Shown here in pieces: positions 26,361 through 39,583 of a stretch of DNA of 64,000 nucleotides (positions are counted from its first letter, which is position 1; every line of letters begins with the position of its first letter). A program made the position numbers and the translations under genes. The notes beneath the pieces were generated by a model. That model ran no database searches, was not told the DNA's origin, and worked only from the letters and a program-made list of their open reading frames with translations. Source of the DNA: Octopus sinensis (Eukaryota); contig NC_043012.1 of the NCBI RefSeq assembly GCF_006345805.1, forward strand, positions 31,620,001 to 31,684,000. The letters are read 5' to 3'.

Positions 26361-27404
26361 TTTAATACCTGCACGAGGGACGATGTTATGATCTAAGAGA
26401 CTTTCTCATTGGGGAATGTTGCAATTAGTGTTAATCTTATCCTTTGTTGGGTGATATATGCAGCATAAATTTGATATGGAAAGAATTTCAGAGGAAAGTA
26501 GTTCTAGGGATAAATGAAGGAGTATTTCTGACGAGCTATGGCAGTAGTAATAAGGAGAAAATTTTGTGCGGCTGTAGGATGGGGCCTAGGGTTACGCATT
26601 TTAACAGTTTAACGAAATGTAAGATTGTTTGGCGTTTGGACTCCAATTGTAATATATTCTGCTGTTGGTCGACACCAGTAATACTTTCTTTAAGATGATA
26701 ACCACTGATCAACTTGCATCTACATCTTTCAGGACGAACAAGATCTAATTACATAATTACTTGAACACAATAAAGCAAATGTGAATACTGCTTCTCAGAT
26801 GATGCAAGCAATAACCAAAGCAGACGAGCCGTAGCAGAACAAAATATTATTAAAGGCATATTCATAAAAACATCGCCAGGGAAGCTCCCGAATACCATAA
26901 GTGGATCCGCATAAACTGTCCAACACGCGCAAGACTTCATCCCCGAATATGTCCTTAGCATATAAGGGGACTGTTAATCTCTCGCCTTGACGATACTTCA
27001 AATATAGCTGTCCAGTGGGGCAAATTCAGAAGAGCTAAAAGACCTGGGGTCACATAATAACATGCTAATCGCAGACGTTGCTGGGCATGGATCACCCTTT
27101 CTTTATCATGTGAGCCCTTGATTGATGCAGCAAACATCAGCCAACTTTTAGCTGCTGGGTGATGGCCTTTATTGAGCGCCTGCGATTCCGTTGATAATGT
27201 CTTGAAACGCTGGATAAAATCGATGGCGGCCTGATAACGTCTGATTGCTAATATCGCTTTTTCTCTCTTGGAAGCCTAAAGCTATTTCCGTTTCTGAACA
27301 CAAACGACACAAGCATATCCAAGAAACTGATTAACAATTCTTGACCATCAATATTCTATATAGTCACATGTGTATCTATATGTAATATATTATATAGTAT
27401 ATAT

Positions 27405-27435
<31 letters not shown>

Positions 27436-27440
27436 CACGC

Positions 27441-27473
<33 letters not shown>

Positions 27474-27548
27474 CTATGTATATATATATATATATATAAT
27501 ATATATATATATGATATATGTATATATAATATATATGTATATTATATA

Positions 27549-27599
<51 letters not shown>

Positions 27600-27607
<8 letters not shown>

Positions 27608-27879
27608 GAAATGAGGTACTTAGAAATCTAGATGATATTTACAGATATTTTTAGTATGTTACATGCTTTATAAATCATATATCATACAATAGCGCTTTCG
27701 TCCATTCTAGTGGAGTTTTCAAATTGAATAATTTGAAAACTACAGTTCAATTTGAAAACTCCACTAGAATGGACGAAAGCGCTATAATATGATGTATGAT
27801 TTCTAAAAACATGTAACATACTAATAAATATCTGTAATATAAAGCCATCAGATTTCTGAGTACCTCATTTCTTCTAATA
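27600..27879. repeat. fold-back palindrome P5 with UUGAAAA hammerhead-like core in both arms
   Basis: Arms attagaagaaatgaggtact / agtacctcatttcttctaat. Plus 27752-27784 reads TTGAAAA-c-tcca-ctagaa-tgga-c-GAAA-gcgc-TA, with an exact reverse copy at about 27690-27722. (TA)n on both sides. Confidence 0.9.
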
Positions 27880-27967
27880 ATAATACCTGTACATCATCTC
27901 CAAACTTCTATTATATATATATATGTACATACATATATATATGTATATATACATGTATATATATATA

Positions 27968-28032
<65 letters not shown>

Positions 28033-28196
28033 TATATATCCATATATATATCCATATATGTATCATATATGTATAGCTATGTGGTAAGGAGTATGCTTCC
28101 CAACCAAATTGTACGCGTTCAGTACCTGACCCGGCCAATGCCTTGTGAATGGATTTGGTAAGCGTAAGCTTAAAGAAGTCCAACGTAGTGTGCATG

Positions 28197-28227
<31 letters not shown>

Positions 28228-28479
28228 TGTGTGTGTGTGTGATGTGGCGTGTGTGTGTATCAATGTGCGTGCTTTTTAGTCCAAAATAAAACCTGAGGCC
28301 TTGGAAGTTCCCGGTTTTGTCAATTTTCGTGTCACACTGTCGAAACTCTTCTTGAGTCAATAGTTGGTAGTAGTGCAGTGCAAGCTACATCCACTAAAAC
28401 ATTATTCATCTGCACAGTTACTTCTTGTACACCAATTCTTAGTGAAATCATTGAATTGGTTAGCAGAAACCTAAAAATG

Positions 28480-29336
28480 CACTTGCAACTTACTCTAAAA
28501 TGTCTCAAACAGATTCAGTAAATGGCGAAAAAGGCTTGGAAACGTCAAGGGTACAGGTCTGGCTCGCCAGGTGTCCCAGTATGTCGCAGGCTGGGCCCCG
28601 CCATCATCCTCCCACTGTGGCAAAAAATCTTCAAGAAGAAGTGAAAATGCATATCCTCTTAATTTTGGCTGTTGGAATGTGCGTACACTTCTTGATGATA
28701 ATTTCAACAAGAGCCCAGACAGGCGTACTGCACCTATTGCCTGTGAGCTTTAAAACTATTCTCTTGATATAGCTGCGCTCTCTGAAACTCGTTTCTCTGG
28801 TAAGGGTAAAATAAATGAATCTACTTATGGATTTACTATCTTCTGCAGATACCTACCTGAGGGTCAGCGTAGAGAATCTGGTGTTGGGTTTCCTCTTAAG
28901 AATTCATTAGTATCCTCCATTGCTGACTTCCCAAGTGGTATATCTGAACGAATCATGTCATGCCGTATAAAACTGACAAAAGGTAGGTTTCTTACCATTT
29001 TCAGTATTTATGCACCAACAATGTCTCAATCTGATGAAACTGTAGGACAGTTTTATGACGATCTAGCACATACTGGTCATACTGGGATATTTCAACGCAA
29101 GATTTGGCAATGACTACATTTCATGGCCTGTTTTAGACCGTCAAAGTATTAGAAATTGTAATAAAAATAGAGTAGCTCTTTTTGACATTTTGTACTGAGA
29201 ATTATCTGGGTGTTACCAACACTATTTAAGCAGAAAAATAAGTATAAAACCACCTGAATGCACCCACGATCTAAGGACTGGCATCTCAGATTATATTTTG
29301 ATCAGAAAGCGTGATATGAAAGATGATTCTAGTGTT
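28480..29336 (+). pseudogene. RTE/BovB-type LINE 5' part, AP endonuclease domain, disrupted
   Basis: FGCWNVRTLLD, DIAALSETRF, RESGVGF, ISERIMSCRIKL, SIYAPT, QFYDDL, ILGYFNAR, MHPRSKDWHL, DYILIRKRD, with stops and frameshifts. Confidence 0.9.
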
Positions 29337-29567
29337 CCCCCGAGGTGGACGGGACGCCAGTCCATCGCAGCGTTATTCAAGAAACAGGAACACAAAGTGA
29401 GAGAAAATTGTTGTGGCGAAAGAATACAACACGGGTCACCACCACCCTCTGCGAGAGCCTCGTGGAGCTTTTAGGTGTTTTTGCTCAATAAACACGCACA
29501 ACGCCCGGTCCGGGAATCGAAACCGCGATCCTCCGACCGCGAGTCCGCTGCCCTAACCATTGGGCCA
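29337..29567 (-). mobile_element. SINE family C head joined to a V-domain-like segment
   Basis: Head nearly identical to about 22520-22690, then ctgcgatggactggcgtcccgtcc instead of the family C body. Confidence 0.75.
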
Positions 29568-31416
29568 TATATATATATATACACACATACACGTTTTTAC
29601 ATTCTGGTTTTAATCATTGCATTATAGCGTTACATTATAGCTGGGCACCACATTGCAGTGTATCCTATACATTACAGTATATCATATACGTCGCAATAGT
29701 ACATCCAGCATGTATTTGAATTATGTGATTAGTGGAGTGATTTAATGGGCCTAATTAAATTTGTCTGTTGTTTTTCTGAGTTTATGCTATTTTACTTCCT
29801 TTCTTCAGTGGCATTGTTTTTCAGAGCTTTGTTTCGTTTCTGCTGCTTTGATCTCGCCCACTCATAGACACACAGACACACGTTCTGCTACTCTGAGACA
29901 AATGGTTAATTGGTACAGAATGTTTTTGAAGGCAGATTATGTTATTTTATATTTCAGATGTTAATTGTAAGATGCTTCATCTGGAGGAAAACAGCGGCAT
30001 CCAGAATCATCCGAATATATATGATGAAAACAATATGTATATGTATGTATGTGCATACGTATCTTTGTGTATGTGTATGCATTTGTGTGTAATTCTAAAA
30101 TACTTTTTGTATTAGTATATACAGGCTTGCGCACTTTGTTAATTCGATGTCTCCTTTTTCCTCGCTCTATGTTTCCGTAACACTGTTTACTACCTAATCA
30201 AAACATTCAGTCACTTCCATACTGAATTCCTTAAAACCTTCACTGCTATCGAGCCTTGATGTCTACCACGGCTCAAGGAGTTCGGGATAGCTTCCCTGTT
30301 GCCATCAATTTCATAATTCCAGCTACCCAGACCTCACCGATCAGTTTCACTTTATTACTCGTATATGAAATTACTTCTAGGAAAATATTTTTCTAATAAT
30401 GTTTCTGTTAAAAATATAAAATGATATATACATAAAAGATATTTACAACTAAATGGGAGATAATAGTGGAAATATGATGAAATAAAAGTGGGATAGAATG
30501 AAAATCAAAATTTTTGTATAGAATTATAAGGAATACAGGTGGTTATATAATTTAATTTACTTCGTAGCCGAGTATCACACTGATCACCACTTTTCTTATT
30601 TCTTATCGTTGCAACGACATTTCTTCTTCATTTCGTATTAAATATTTATACCTATTAATCTATACAACGTCATATATAAGGTATGAATATATGACTTATA
30701 TACGATATTGTATAGTCTATTCTGTTTTCATCATATCTATGCTTCAGTTTTCATAAGAATTTATATTCATAAATATATAATAGCAAATATACATTATCAA
30801 CCGTTCATAGACTTATTTCTGAAAACTTAGTGTCCAAATTTCTAATTGATCTAATAACATTGGTTTCAAATTTTGGTACAAAGCCAATAATTTTAGGGGA
30901 AAGGGGTAAATCGATTACATCAACCCTAGTGTTCAACAACCAAAGTTTAACTCGGTGGAATAATTCATGTAATAATATTAACGTTGAGTTATCGTATTAG
31001 AGTACTTAAACAGTTTCCGATAAATACGTGCCTAGGAAAATGTATTTATATTTATATAAACATGTGTGTGTGTGTAAATGGTTGAAAATGTGTTTATATA
31101 TACATATACGTGTGTGAAGAAGTGGCTGAAAATACGTTTAGGTGTACATGTATGTGTGTGTAAGTAATTATGAAAGGCAGCGAAATGGCAAAGCTGTTAG
31201 CATTTGTGAAAATGCTGTGAGAGTGTTGGACCAGATATATGAAGCGATATTTGATGCAAGTCTCTAACGTCTGTATTCAAATCTTGCTGAGATGAATTTT
31301 AGCTTTCATTTATTTTCAACGTCTGCTGCTGTAGGAAATTCAGGTATCACACAGGTAAATCTAAAATGTGGTTCTAGCGAAGAGTAAAATATAATCCAAA
31401 CAAAACAAAGAAGGAG

Positions 31417-31759
31417 TGTAACATATATTTAATGATCAGTCACGATTGTTTCTGTACCATTCTGTTTTAACAACATTGCACAAAAATCTCATGGGGAAAG
31501 TTACGTAATATCTGCAGTTTTAAACATTCGTGTGACACTTCGTCAGGCTTGCATCAAAGGGTGTGTCTGTCAAGCGTCGTATGTTGATTGACAGACGCAC
31601 ACTCTTGGAGCGCACGTTTGAGGCAAGTCTGACGAAGTGTCACGCGAATGTTTTAAACCACAAATATTACGTAACTTTTCACATCAACCTTTTGTTTGTA
31701 ATGGTGTTAAAACAGTGGCACAGAAATAATTTTAACTTGTCATAAGAGATGTGTGACAC
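31417..31759. repeat. fold-back palindrome P6 with CUGACGA hammerhead-like core in both arms
   Basis: aaacattcgtgtgacacttcgtcaggcttgc / gcaagtctgacgaagtgtcacgcgaatgttt; inner tgtgtctgtcaa / ttgacagacgca. Confidence 0.85.
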
Positions 31760-31784
31760 ATTTGACTTGTTCTATTATTTGGAA

Positions 31785-31914
<130 letters not shown>

Positions 31915-31965
31915 CCTACCTATCTGTCTGTCTGTCTGTCTGTCTGTCTATATATCTTTTTTTCT

Positions 31966-32049
31966 TTTCGCCCCCCACCCTCGAAAAGAAAAACTCTACA
32001 TTGTAATTGTCCCCTCTGTGTCTAGCCCTGTGTGGCCAATAAAGAAAGT
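31966..32049 (+). mobile_element. 5'-truncated LINE 3' tip embedded in (TATC)n
   Basis: Homologous to 9390-9461; TATC arrays on both sides. Confidence 0.65.
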
Positions 32050-32724
32050 TATCTATCTATTTATTTATCTATCTATCTATCTACCTGTCTACCTACCGAC
32101 CTACATACCTATCTATCTATCGATCGATCGAGCCGTTAGCAAACCAATTTCTTGTTATTCATATCGGTGGATTTTATAGGCCACTCTAATGATTGAAATT
32201 ACAGTGAGTTTTGAATCGAAATAGTGTGTTGTGTGATCTTGAATATCGTCAATTACATATTATTATAACGAAGCGTCTGCCTGTGTGTACAGTTAGAGAA
32301 TATCTTGAATAATCTCTTGCAAGGATCGTTTCCTTATATTATACGTAATGTATAAGTAATACACTTGGATAAGCCACTGAGCTATGGAGTAGTCGCGTTG
32401 ATAATGTTACATGCTATAATACGATGGTTATTCTCAGTTGCCCCAAATCTCTAAATACTAAGTCGAAACAGGAGAGTGGATATTTCTCTGTGCTTAAATC
32501 TAAAGAAGTACACATGCTGGTTGGAACGTTCCTCAAAATCGTTATCGGGAGTTCCGTGTACTTCCTCTGGATAGTTTCAGGTGGTGTATATGATATTTCA
32601 GAATCTTTTGGTGAATTGTGATTAATACGTCCTAAACAAACGAGTAAATTGATTTCAAAAATTGCAAGATGGAACATGTTTTCGAATTTGATTTATCTAT
32701 CTATCTATTTGTCTGTCTCTCTAG

Positions 32725-32777
<53 letters not shown>

Positions 32778-32781
32778 GTAT

Positions 32782-33160
32782 ATGAGCAAAACGCCCCCCG
32801 TCCAATGGACAGTACTGAGTTGTCAAACATTTAAACCAAATTTTCTCAAAACAACTTGTCCGACCGTTCCATTTTGTGGCATTATTTCAAGCCAGCCGGC
32901 TTTTTTTGCGCAAACTGCTCGTGCATTTTCCTCGCGAACGCGTAGTATTGATTGCAACAGCTGATGTACTTGCGCATACAAATGTACGTTCCCACGGCTT
33001 TATCGTTCGCATTCTTACCTGGAATCGATTTTCGTCATTTTTTCAAGAGTTATACACGCCCTGATACCGTCGGTATATACATATCAAATTTGAGCGCAAT
33101 CGGATGGAGGATGCCCGAGATCCTAGAAGACGCACGTACACAGACAGACAGAACGGATTT

Positions 33161-33170
<10 letters not shown>
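32782..33170 (-). mobile_element. non-autonomous Helitron-like element, 3' end not seen
   Basis: Minus starts tatataaaatccgttctgtctgtctg...ccgattgcgctcaaatttg, the same 5' architecture as 41865-42251. Confidence 0.5.
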
Positions 33171-33252
<82 letters not shown>

Positions 33253-34497
33253 CACACACACACGTATTTATATGTAGGCATGCGCTTGTGTGTGTACTAA
33301 ATATATTCATCCGTCTGAATATGAAAATTCAGTTCATATTTGTTTCAAGTTTCTATATTTACTCATTCGCATAAATGCAGTAAAGAAGGCGGAGACGGTG
33401 TTGTGACGCAGTCAACCATCATATTCGAATGAAGAAATGAATATTTTCGTGCATTGGGTTAATAGTTTTCAAGTTTAAATTATGCAATTGTAATCCATTT
33501 AGTGAGACCACAGAAGAATAAGCGCCATAGTTATCGATGTGATTGCATAAGGCAATGATTACCAACATTAGAACTACTCTGTACATTGTATGGATATATG
33601 GTCTGTTATGCGAACTTCTGTAATGGAATTGCACTTATTTTATTTATCGAAGAACCGAAGCTACAATTAATTCTTAGAGAATTAGATTTAAGAGAGACAT
33701 GTTGTCTGACGCTTTAACGATTTTATGACCAACCACCCGTATATATATATATACATTGCAAAAACATACACACATGCATACATCTTTATACACACGCATA
33801 TGCACGCACACACGCACACACACACTGACACACATACACAGGCATACAGACACACAAACACACACAGCCACACAGACACCAGCCGCACACTTGATGGTTC
33901 TGTTTGAAGTTATTCAACTCTAGTCATATCTGGTAGAACTATAATAGAAGACTTGTCACTCGAATTACGAACTACATGCAAATAACATTGTTCTCTCGGG
34001 GCATTTTAAGCTCTTAACCCGCGTTTAACCTACCCTTCTTTGTGTTTTAACGAATACTTGATTTAAAATCCTTCGTTTTTGTAACATTCATCATTTGGAC
34101 TTTGTGTTGTGAGATACTTGTTTTCCTAGTGGATATTGAGTGACCGCACTTGAAGTGCATTAGTTCAAGTTCCTACGGTTTCCTGTAATCAAAATCTTAG
34201 AATTGAAAACATTCAATCTCTCTATCAACAACTAGATTTTTCATCTGTAAATATATTACACATGCATAGATATTTACATTTTACACCCCTCACACATACA
34301 TATGTGTGTATGTGTCAACGTGTGTTTGTGCGCGTGTATATCGGCGCATTTAAATAAAAAATGATATATACAATTACATACATCCATAAGTTACATGCAT
34401 GAAAATAAAGCACACACACACACATATATATATATATATGTAGGGGGGTGTATGTGTATGTGTATATATATATATTATATATATATATATATATGTG

Positions 34498-34709
34498 CTA
34501 GGGATACTGAAAAGTTCCTTGTTTTGAGAGTGTCGCGAAAGGCATGGCTAGAAGTCCAACCTGTCGAGTTCTTTTACAGGGCTTAGAAAAACTTAAGGAC
34601 TGCTGCACTAAGTGGTTGAATCTGTGAGAGGAATATGTTGAATAAGAACATAATTGATCCTCCTGTGTTTCCTTTTATCCAAATGCAGAGACTTTTCAGC
34701 AGCTCCTCG
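34498..34709 (+). mobile_element. mariner-derived MITE
   Basis: TIRs ctgaaaagttcc / gacttttcagcagctcctcg; homologous to 51203-51417. Confidence 0.75.
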
Positions 34710-34739
34710 TGTGTATGTGTATATATATGTATATGTATG

Positions 34740-34777
<38 letters not shown>

Positions 34778-35366
34778 CATATGTATATGCATGTATATAT
34801 ACATATAAATGCATGTATGTATATATATGCATATATATACATATATATATGTAATATATATATATATGTTACACGCACATGCATGCATACACTCACAGAG
34901 AAGCACATACAGAAAGAAAATATTGTGGTATTGCTAAGGTAAAAAGGAAAAACACACGGCTTTTGAAAGGAGACGTTCAATTGAAACAGTCAAATCGGAT
35001 GCTGATCGTGATTAAAAGTGATGAATATGCAGTAAAGTATGAATTATGGATACTGTTATGGATAGGGATGCGGGTGAAATATGAAATATTCAAGGATTTA
35101 TGAGAGAATGTGAGAGGTACGTGTTTGCCTTTCTTTCTCTTTTCCTCCATTCTTTAACTCTCTCTCACTTTCTTTCTAACACACACACACACACACACAC
35201 AGATACACACACACGTGGATAATATAGACATATTGTTGTGTTTATGTATTTATAAATATATATTTGTATATGTCTCTTTCTCTCTCCTTTCTTTTTGTGT
35301 GTATACATATATATGTATGTGTGTGTGTTTCTGTCTCTCTATCATTTCCAATCCTATCCTATCCTA

Positions 35367-35409
35367 TCCATCCATCCATCCATCCATCCATCCATCCTTC
35401 CATCCATCC

Positions 35410-35483
<74 letters not shown>

Positions 35484-35485
35484 TA

Positions 35486-35536
<51 letters not shown>

Positions 35537-35550
35537 GTCTATTACTATCT

Positions 35551-35612
<62 letters not shown>

Positions 35613-35615
35613 AGC

Positions 35616-35708
<93 letters not shown>

Positions 35709-35735
35709 AGCCTGTCTGTCTGTCTATCTATCTAT
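35367..35735. repeat. (CCAT)n/(TATC)n/(TGTC)n compound microsatellite
   Basis: Direct reading. Confidence 0.95.
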
Positions 35736-36196
35736 TACAGATTAGAATTCTGCTCTACAAGCAAAGGGGAGACATTTTGAATTGTGAATACTTTCATAAC
35801 AGGTGTAGGCATATTTAATAATTTATGCGCACACATACAAAAATACACACACACACACACATATATATATATACACGTGTGAAGGGGTGTGACCTAGTGA
35901 TTAGGCTGTTGCATTCATGATCGCTAGATCAAGGGTTCGATTCCCTGATTGGATAGCGTATTATTAACAAAACAGAGTGGAATGTTAGCCTGCTCACCTA
36001 GCCAGCGGTGAGGCGTCATTTGAAAGCCTAAAACAGGGCATTGTGGTCAGCAATGTGTAACAAACACTGACATTATATACTATATCTATATATATATATA
36101 TATATATATATATAGATCTCTCACTTCTCTCTATCTGTCCATCTCACCCCTCCCTCTCTTCTCCATGTATATATATATATATAATATATATATATA

Positions 36197-36330
36197 TACT
36201 GTAAATCCTTGAGTGTAATTCGCGGGGGATTTTTCGGAGGCTGTACATCTGAAAAACCTAAACCTTGTGTACAATACGCACCCCTCCTCTAACTTGAGTT
36301 GAACGTAATTACGCCAGCAGCACCCAGTCG
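36197..36330 (+). mobile_element. pogo/Tigger-like terminal fragment
   Basis: TA-CTGTAAATCCTTGAGTGTAATTCGC start and an internal gtacaatacgcaccc repeat; possible decayed right end near 37235-37262. Confidence 0.35.
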
Positions 36331-37493
36331 AACAAATACTTCCACGCATAGATATGGCTTCATATAAATAGATAAATAAACTGTGCATTGATTTTTTCAG
36401 AGACAATGCTAAGAGTATATTTTTGTGTGTGAGTTCTTGTGTACACACACACACATACATACATACATACCTACATACAAACACAAACACAGAGTCACAC
36501 ACACACATGTGTATATATATCAACGAAAGTAGCCAGTGAGATCCGTGAAGGTAGAGTCCAAAAGAGTAGGAAGATCCAGTGGTAATCCGGGTGGAGTGCT
36601 GCTATGTGGATGAGGAGAGGATGCTGAAAGATCTGGAGTTAATGTATGCAAGATCAAGAGAGCGGGATGTTCAGTCAGAATCAAACTGGGGTACACACAC
36701 ACACACACACACACACACACCACACACACAACACACACAGACACACACACACACGCAAACACACACACACACGCATACACACACGCATACACGCACACAC
36801 GCATACACACACGCGCACACACACACGCACACACACCTACACCCACACCCACGCACACATACATGCGCGCACTCATACACACATATATGCATGTAGTATG
36901 TATTTATATATGTATGTGTGTATGTAGGCATGTAGGTAGGTATGAATGTGTGTATGTGTGTGTTTTTATGTGAGTGTGTTATAGTCGAAGCACAAAAATA
37001 CCCGGGTCATAGCATTTTGAGATATATTCCTACAAAAATACATTTCCTCATAGATGAAAACATGCAAATATCTCTCAGCCCCTCATATACATATTTTTGT
37101 CTGCAACTCAAGCGACGCCCACCGCACTGTTCCCATCACGCACACACACGCATATATAAAGTGGAACAAAACTACACGGTAACATAAACGGAATACTGTT
37201 TAAAAGAGAAAGAATCAGTGAAGACGGCTGCAGGCCGTATTATCCGTGCGCTGTTACTGTAGTAGTAACGGCTCGAAGATAAAGCCTCGTGTGGGTTAGC
37301 TGACTTAGAATAATCTTTACGATCCATCTTAACAAACACTAGATTCTTATCATTTATCGTTTGACAGATGCAATTAGTGGTAAAAGCAGGAGAATGTGTG
37401 TGTGTGTATATGCGTGTGTGTGTGTTTGTGTGTGAGTTTGTGTATTACACACACTTAGATATACAAGTAAGCATGTATGTATGTTGTGTGTTG

Positions 37494-37524
<31 letters not shown>

Positions 37525-37581
37525 TATATATATACATATATATGGTATATATATATAGATATATATATATATATAATATAT

Positions 37582-37608
37582 ATAACAAGACAGAAAAAAG
37601 TAACAAGA

Positions 37609-37676
<68 letters not shown>

Positions 37677-37777
37677 CCAAGAAAAAAGTAACAAGATATG
37701 TATATATATATATATATACATATATATGTATATATATATAATATATATATATAACCAAGAAAAAAGTAACAAGAATA
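37582..37777 (+). repeat. three copies of a roughly 25-bp unit separated by (TA)n
   Basis: taaccaagaaaaaagtaacaaga at about 37582 (variant), 37674 and 37752. Confidence 0.85.
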
Positions 37778-37803
37778 TGTATATATATAATATTATATAT
37801 AAC

Positions 37804-37846
<43 letters not shown>

Positions 37847-39065
37847 ATATATATATAATATATATGTATGTATATATATTTATACGTAAATATACGCGCA
37901 CACATACAACACACATATATTAAATATAGTATATTCACACAAAGTGCGCAGACACACGCACACACGTATACATACGCACACACACACATATATGCGTATG
38001 CAGGATTATATGTGTGAGTGTGTTTCTATGTGTGTCGATATATGTACAAGCAGGATTATTTGTGTGCGTGTGCTTGTGTGTGTATGTGTGTGTAAATGCC
38101 TGGATGCTTTTTTTTCTGTTTCAACGCCTGTCAGTTTTGTTTAGTTTATAACTCAGATGTTACATTCAGCCAAAGCACTCTCTCCTTCTCTCCCTGCCCC
38201 CCTCTCTGCCTCTCCTACATTCTTCATCTCATATCAACATTTCTTTCATCCCAACACATTTTACACCAGTCATGCCTCTCCTCCACTGTCCTTACTGAGG
38301 AAGGTGTGTTGATGTTAAAGTAAACGAACTCCTGGGTTTCAGAAAGTTTTCAAAATTGTTTATTTTATGAAACTTCTTTCAGAATCCACTCCAATAACAT
38401 TAGCCATGATCAACAAAAAAAAAAAAAAGCTGCTAAATAAAAATTTTAAAAACATTAATTATTTTAAACTATAAACCACCCTGTATTGTTCATGTTATTT
38501 TAAATCACAAACCACAAGAACAATAAAACGGTGTAAAGCCATACACGTTGACTTCCATTTTGTTTTCTTTTACATTCCTTCGTGCCATTTTGCTTTTCAA
38601 CGTGTTGAGCCAGGTATCGTGATGTTGGTGTTAAATTCTTATTAAACCGAATGTTTAAGCTTGTTTACTTTTGAAAATAGAAGAGTGTAATGTCCGACAT
38701 TAAAAGTATTTGTAAATAGCCTAAACAGCACTATCTTGCTCTTTATACAATCATATTATCATTCCTTTATGTATATAAATGGACCGTGTGTATTGTCGAT
38801 GCATCATGATTGTAACAGTTTATCGAAAATGAGGTTTACTGATTTTAATGTTGACGTTTGTGAATGAACGCATACCATCATCAATATGAAACACTTACAA
38901 AACGTTAAAGTGATATGCAAAAGAAACACTGTCGTATATAAAGTTTGTGTGTGTCTGTGTGTATACATATAAATATATACATATACATGTGTGTGTGTCT
39001 GTGTGGTGTGTGTACGTATGAGTGTATTATATTTATATATCATGTATATATGTGTATATACATAC

Positions 39066-39114
<49 letters not shown>

Positions 39115-39480
39115 GGTGTATACACACACACGTATATGTATACGTATATATATGTATATACACATATATACATGATCTATAAATATAATACACTCATACA
39201 TACGCACGTATACACACCACACACGCATACACGCACGCACGCACACACATATGTATAATTGTATGATTAATGTTAGCTTGGCATGGCAGAGGAGTATACC
39301 ATATATTATCCTCACATTCAAACTCACAAAGGGAAGAAATGGACAATGTAAAAGATAAAATGGAGAACAAACACTCATGAAAGTATTTATGAAATCCAGA
39401 CACCGGTTCATGCAATTATCAGAAACGATGAATAGTTGTAGTAGAAGGTGGAGGAGCAGCAGTAGCAGCATCAAAATCAT

Positions 39481-39583
39481 CATGGTACTACACTACTATA
39501 GCAATCATGGTACTACACTACTATAGCAATCATGGTACTACACTACTATAGCAATCATGGTACTACACTACTATAGCAATCAT
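39481..39583 (+). repeat. 25-bp minisatellite, 4 perfect copies
   Basis: catggtactacactactatagcaat x4. Confidence 0.95.

Noticed and set aside
37582-37777. Repeat-spacer pattern resembling CRISPR
   Set aside because: Spacers are pure TA microsatellite.
39481-39583. Possible CRISPR array
   Set aside because: Head-to-tail identical 25-mers with no spacers, no cas genes, eukaryotic context.
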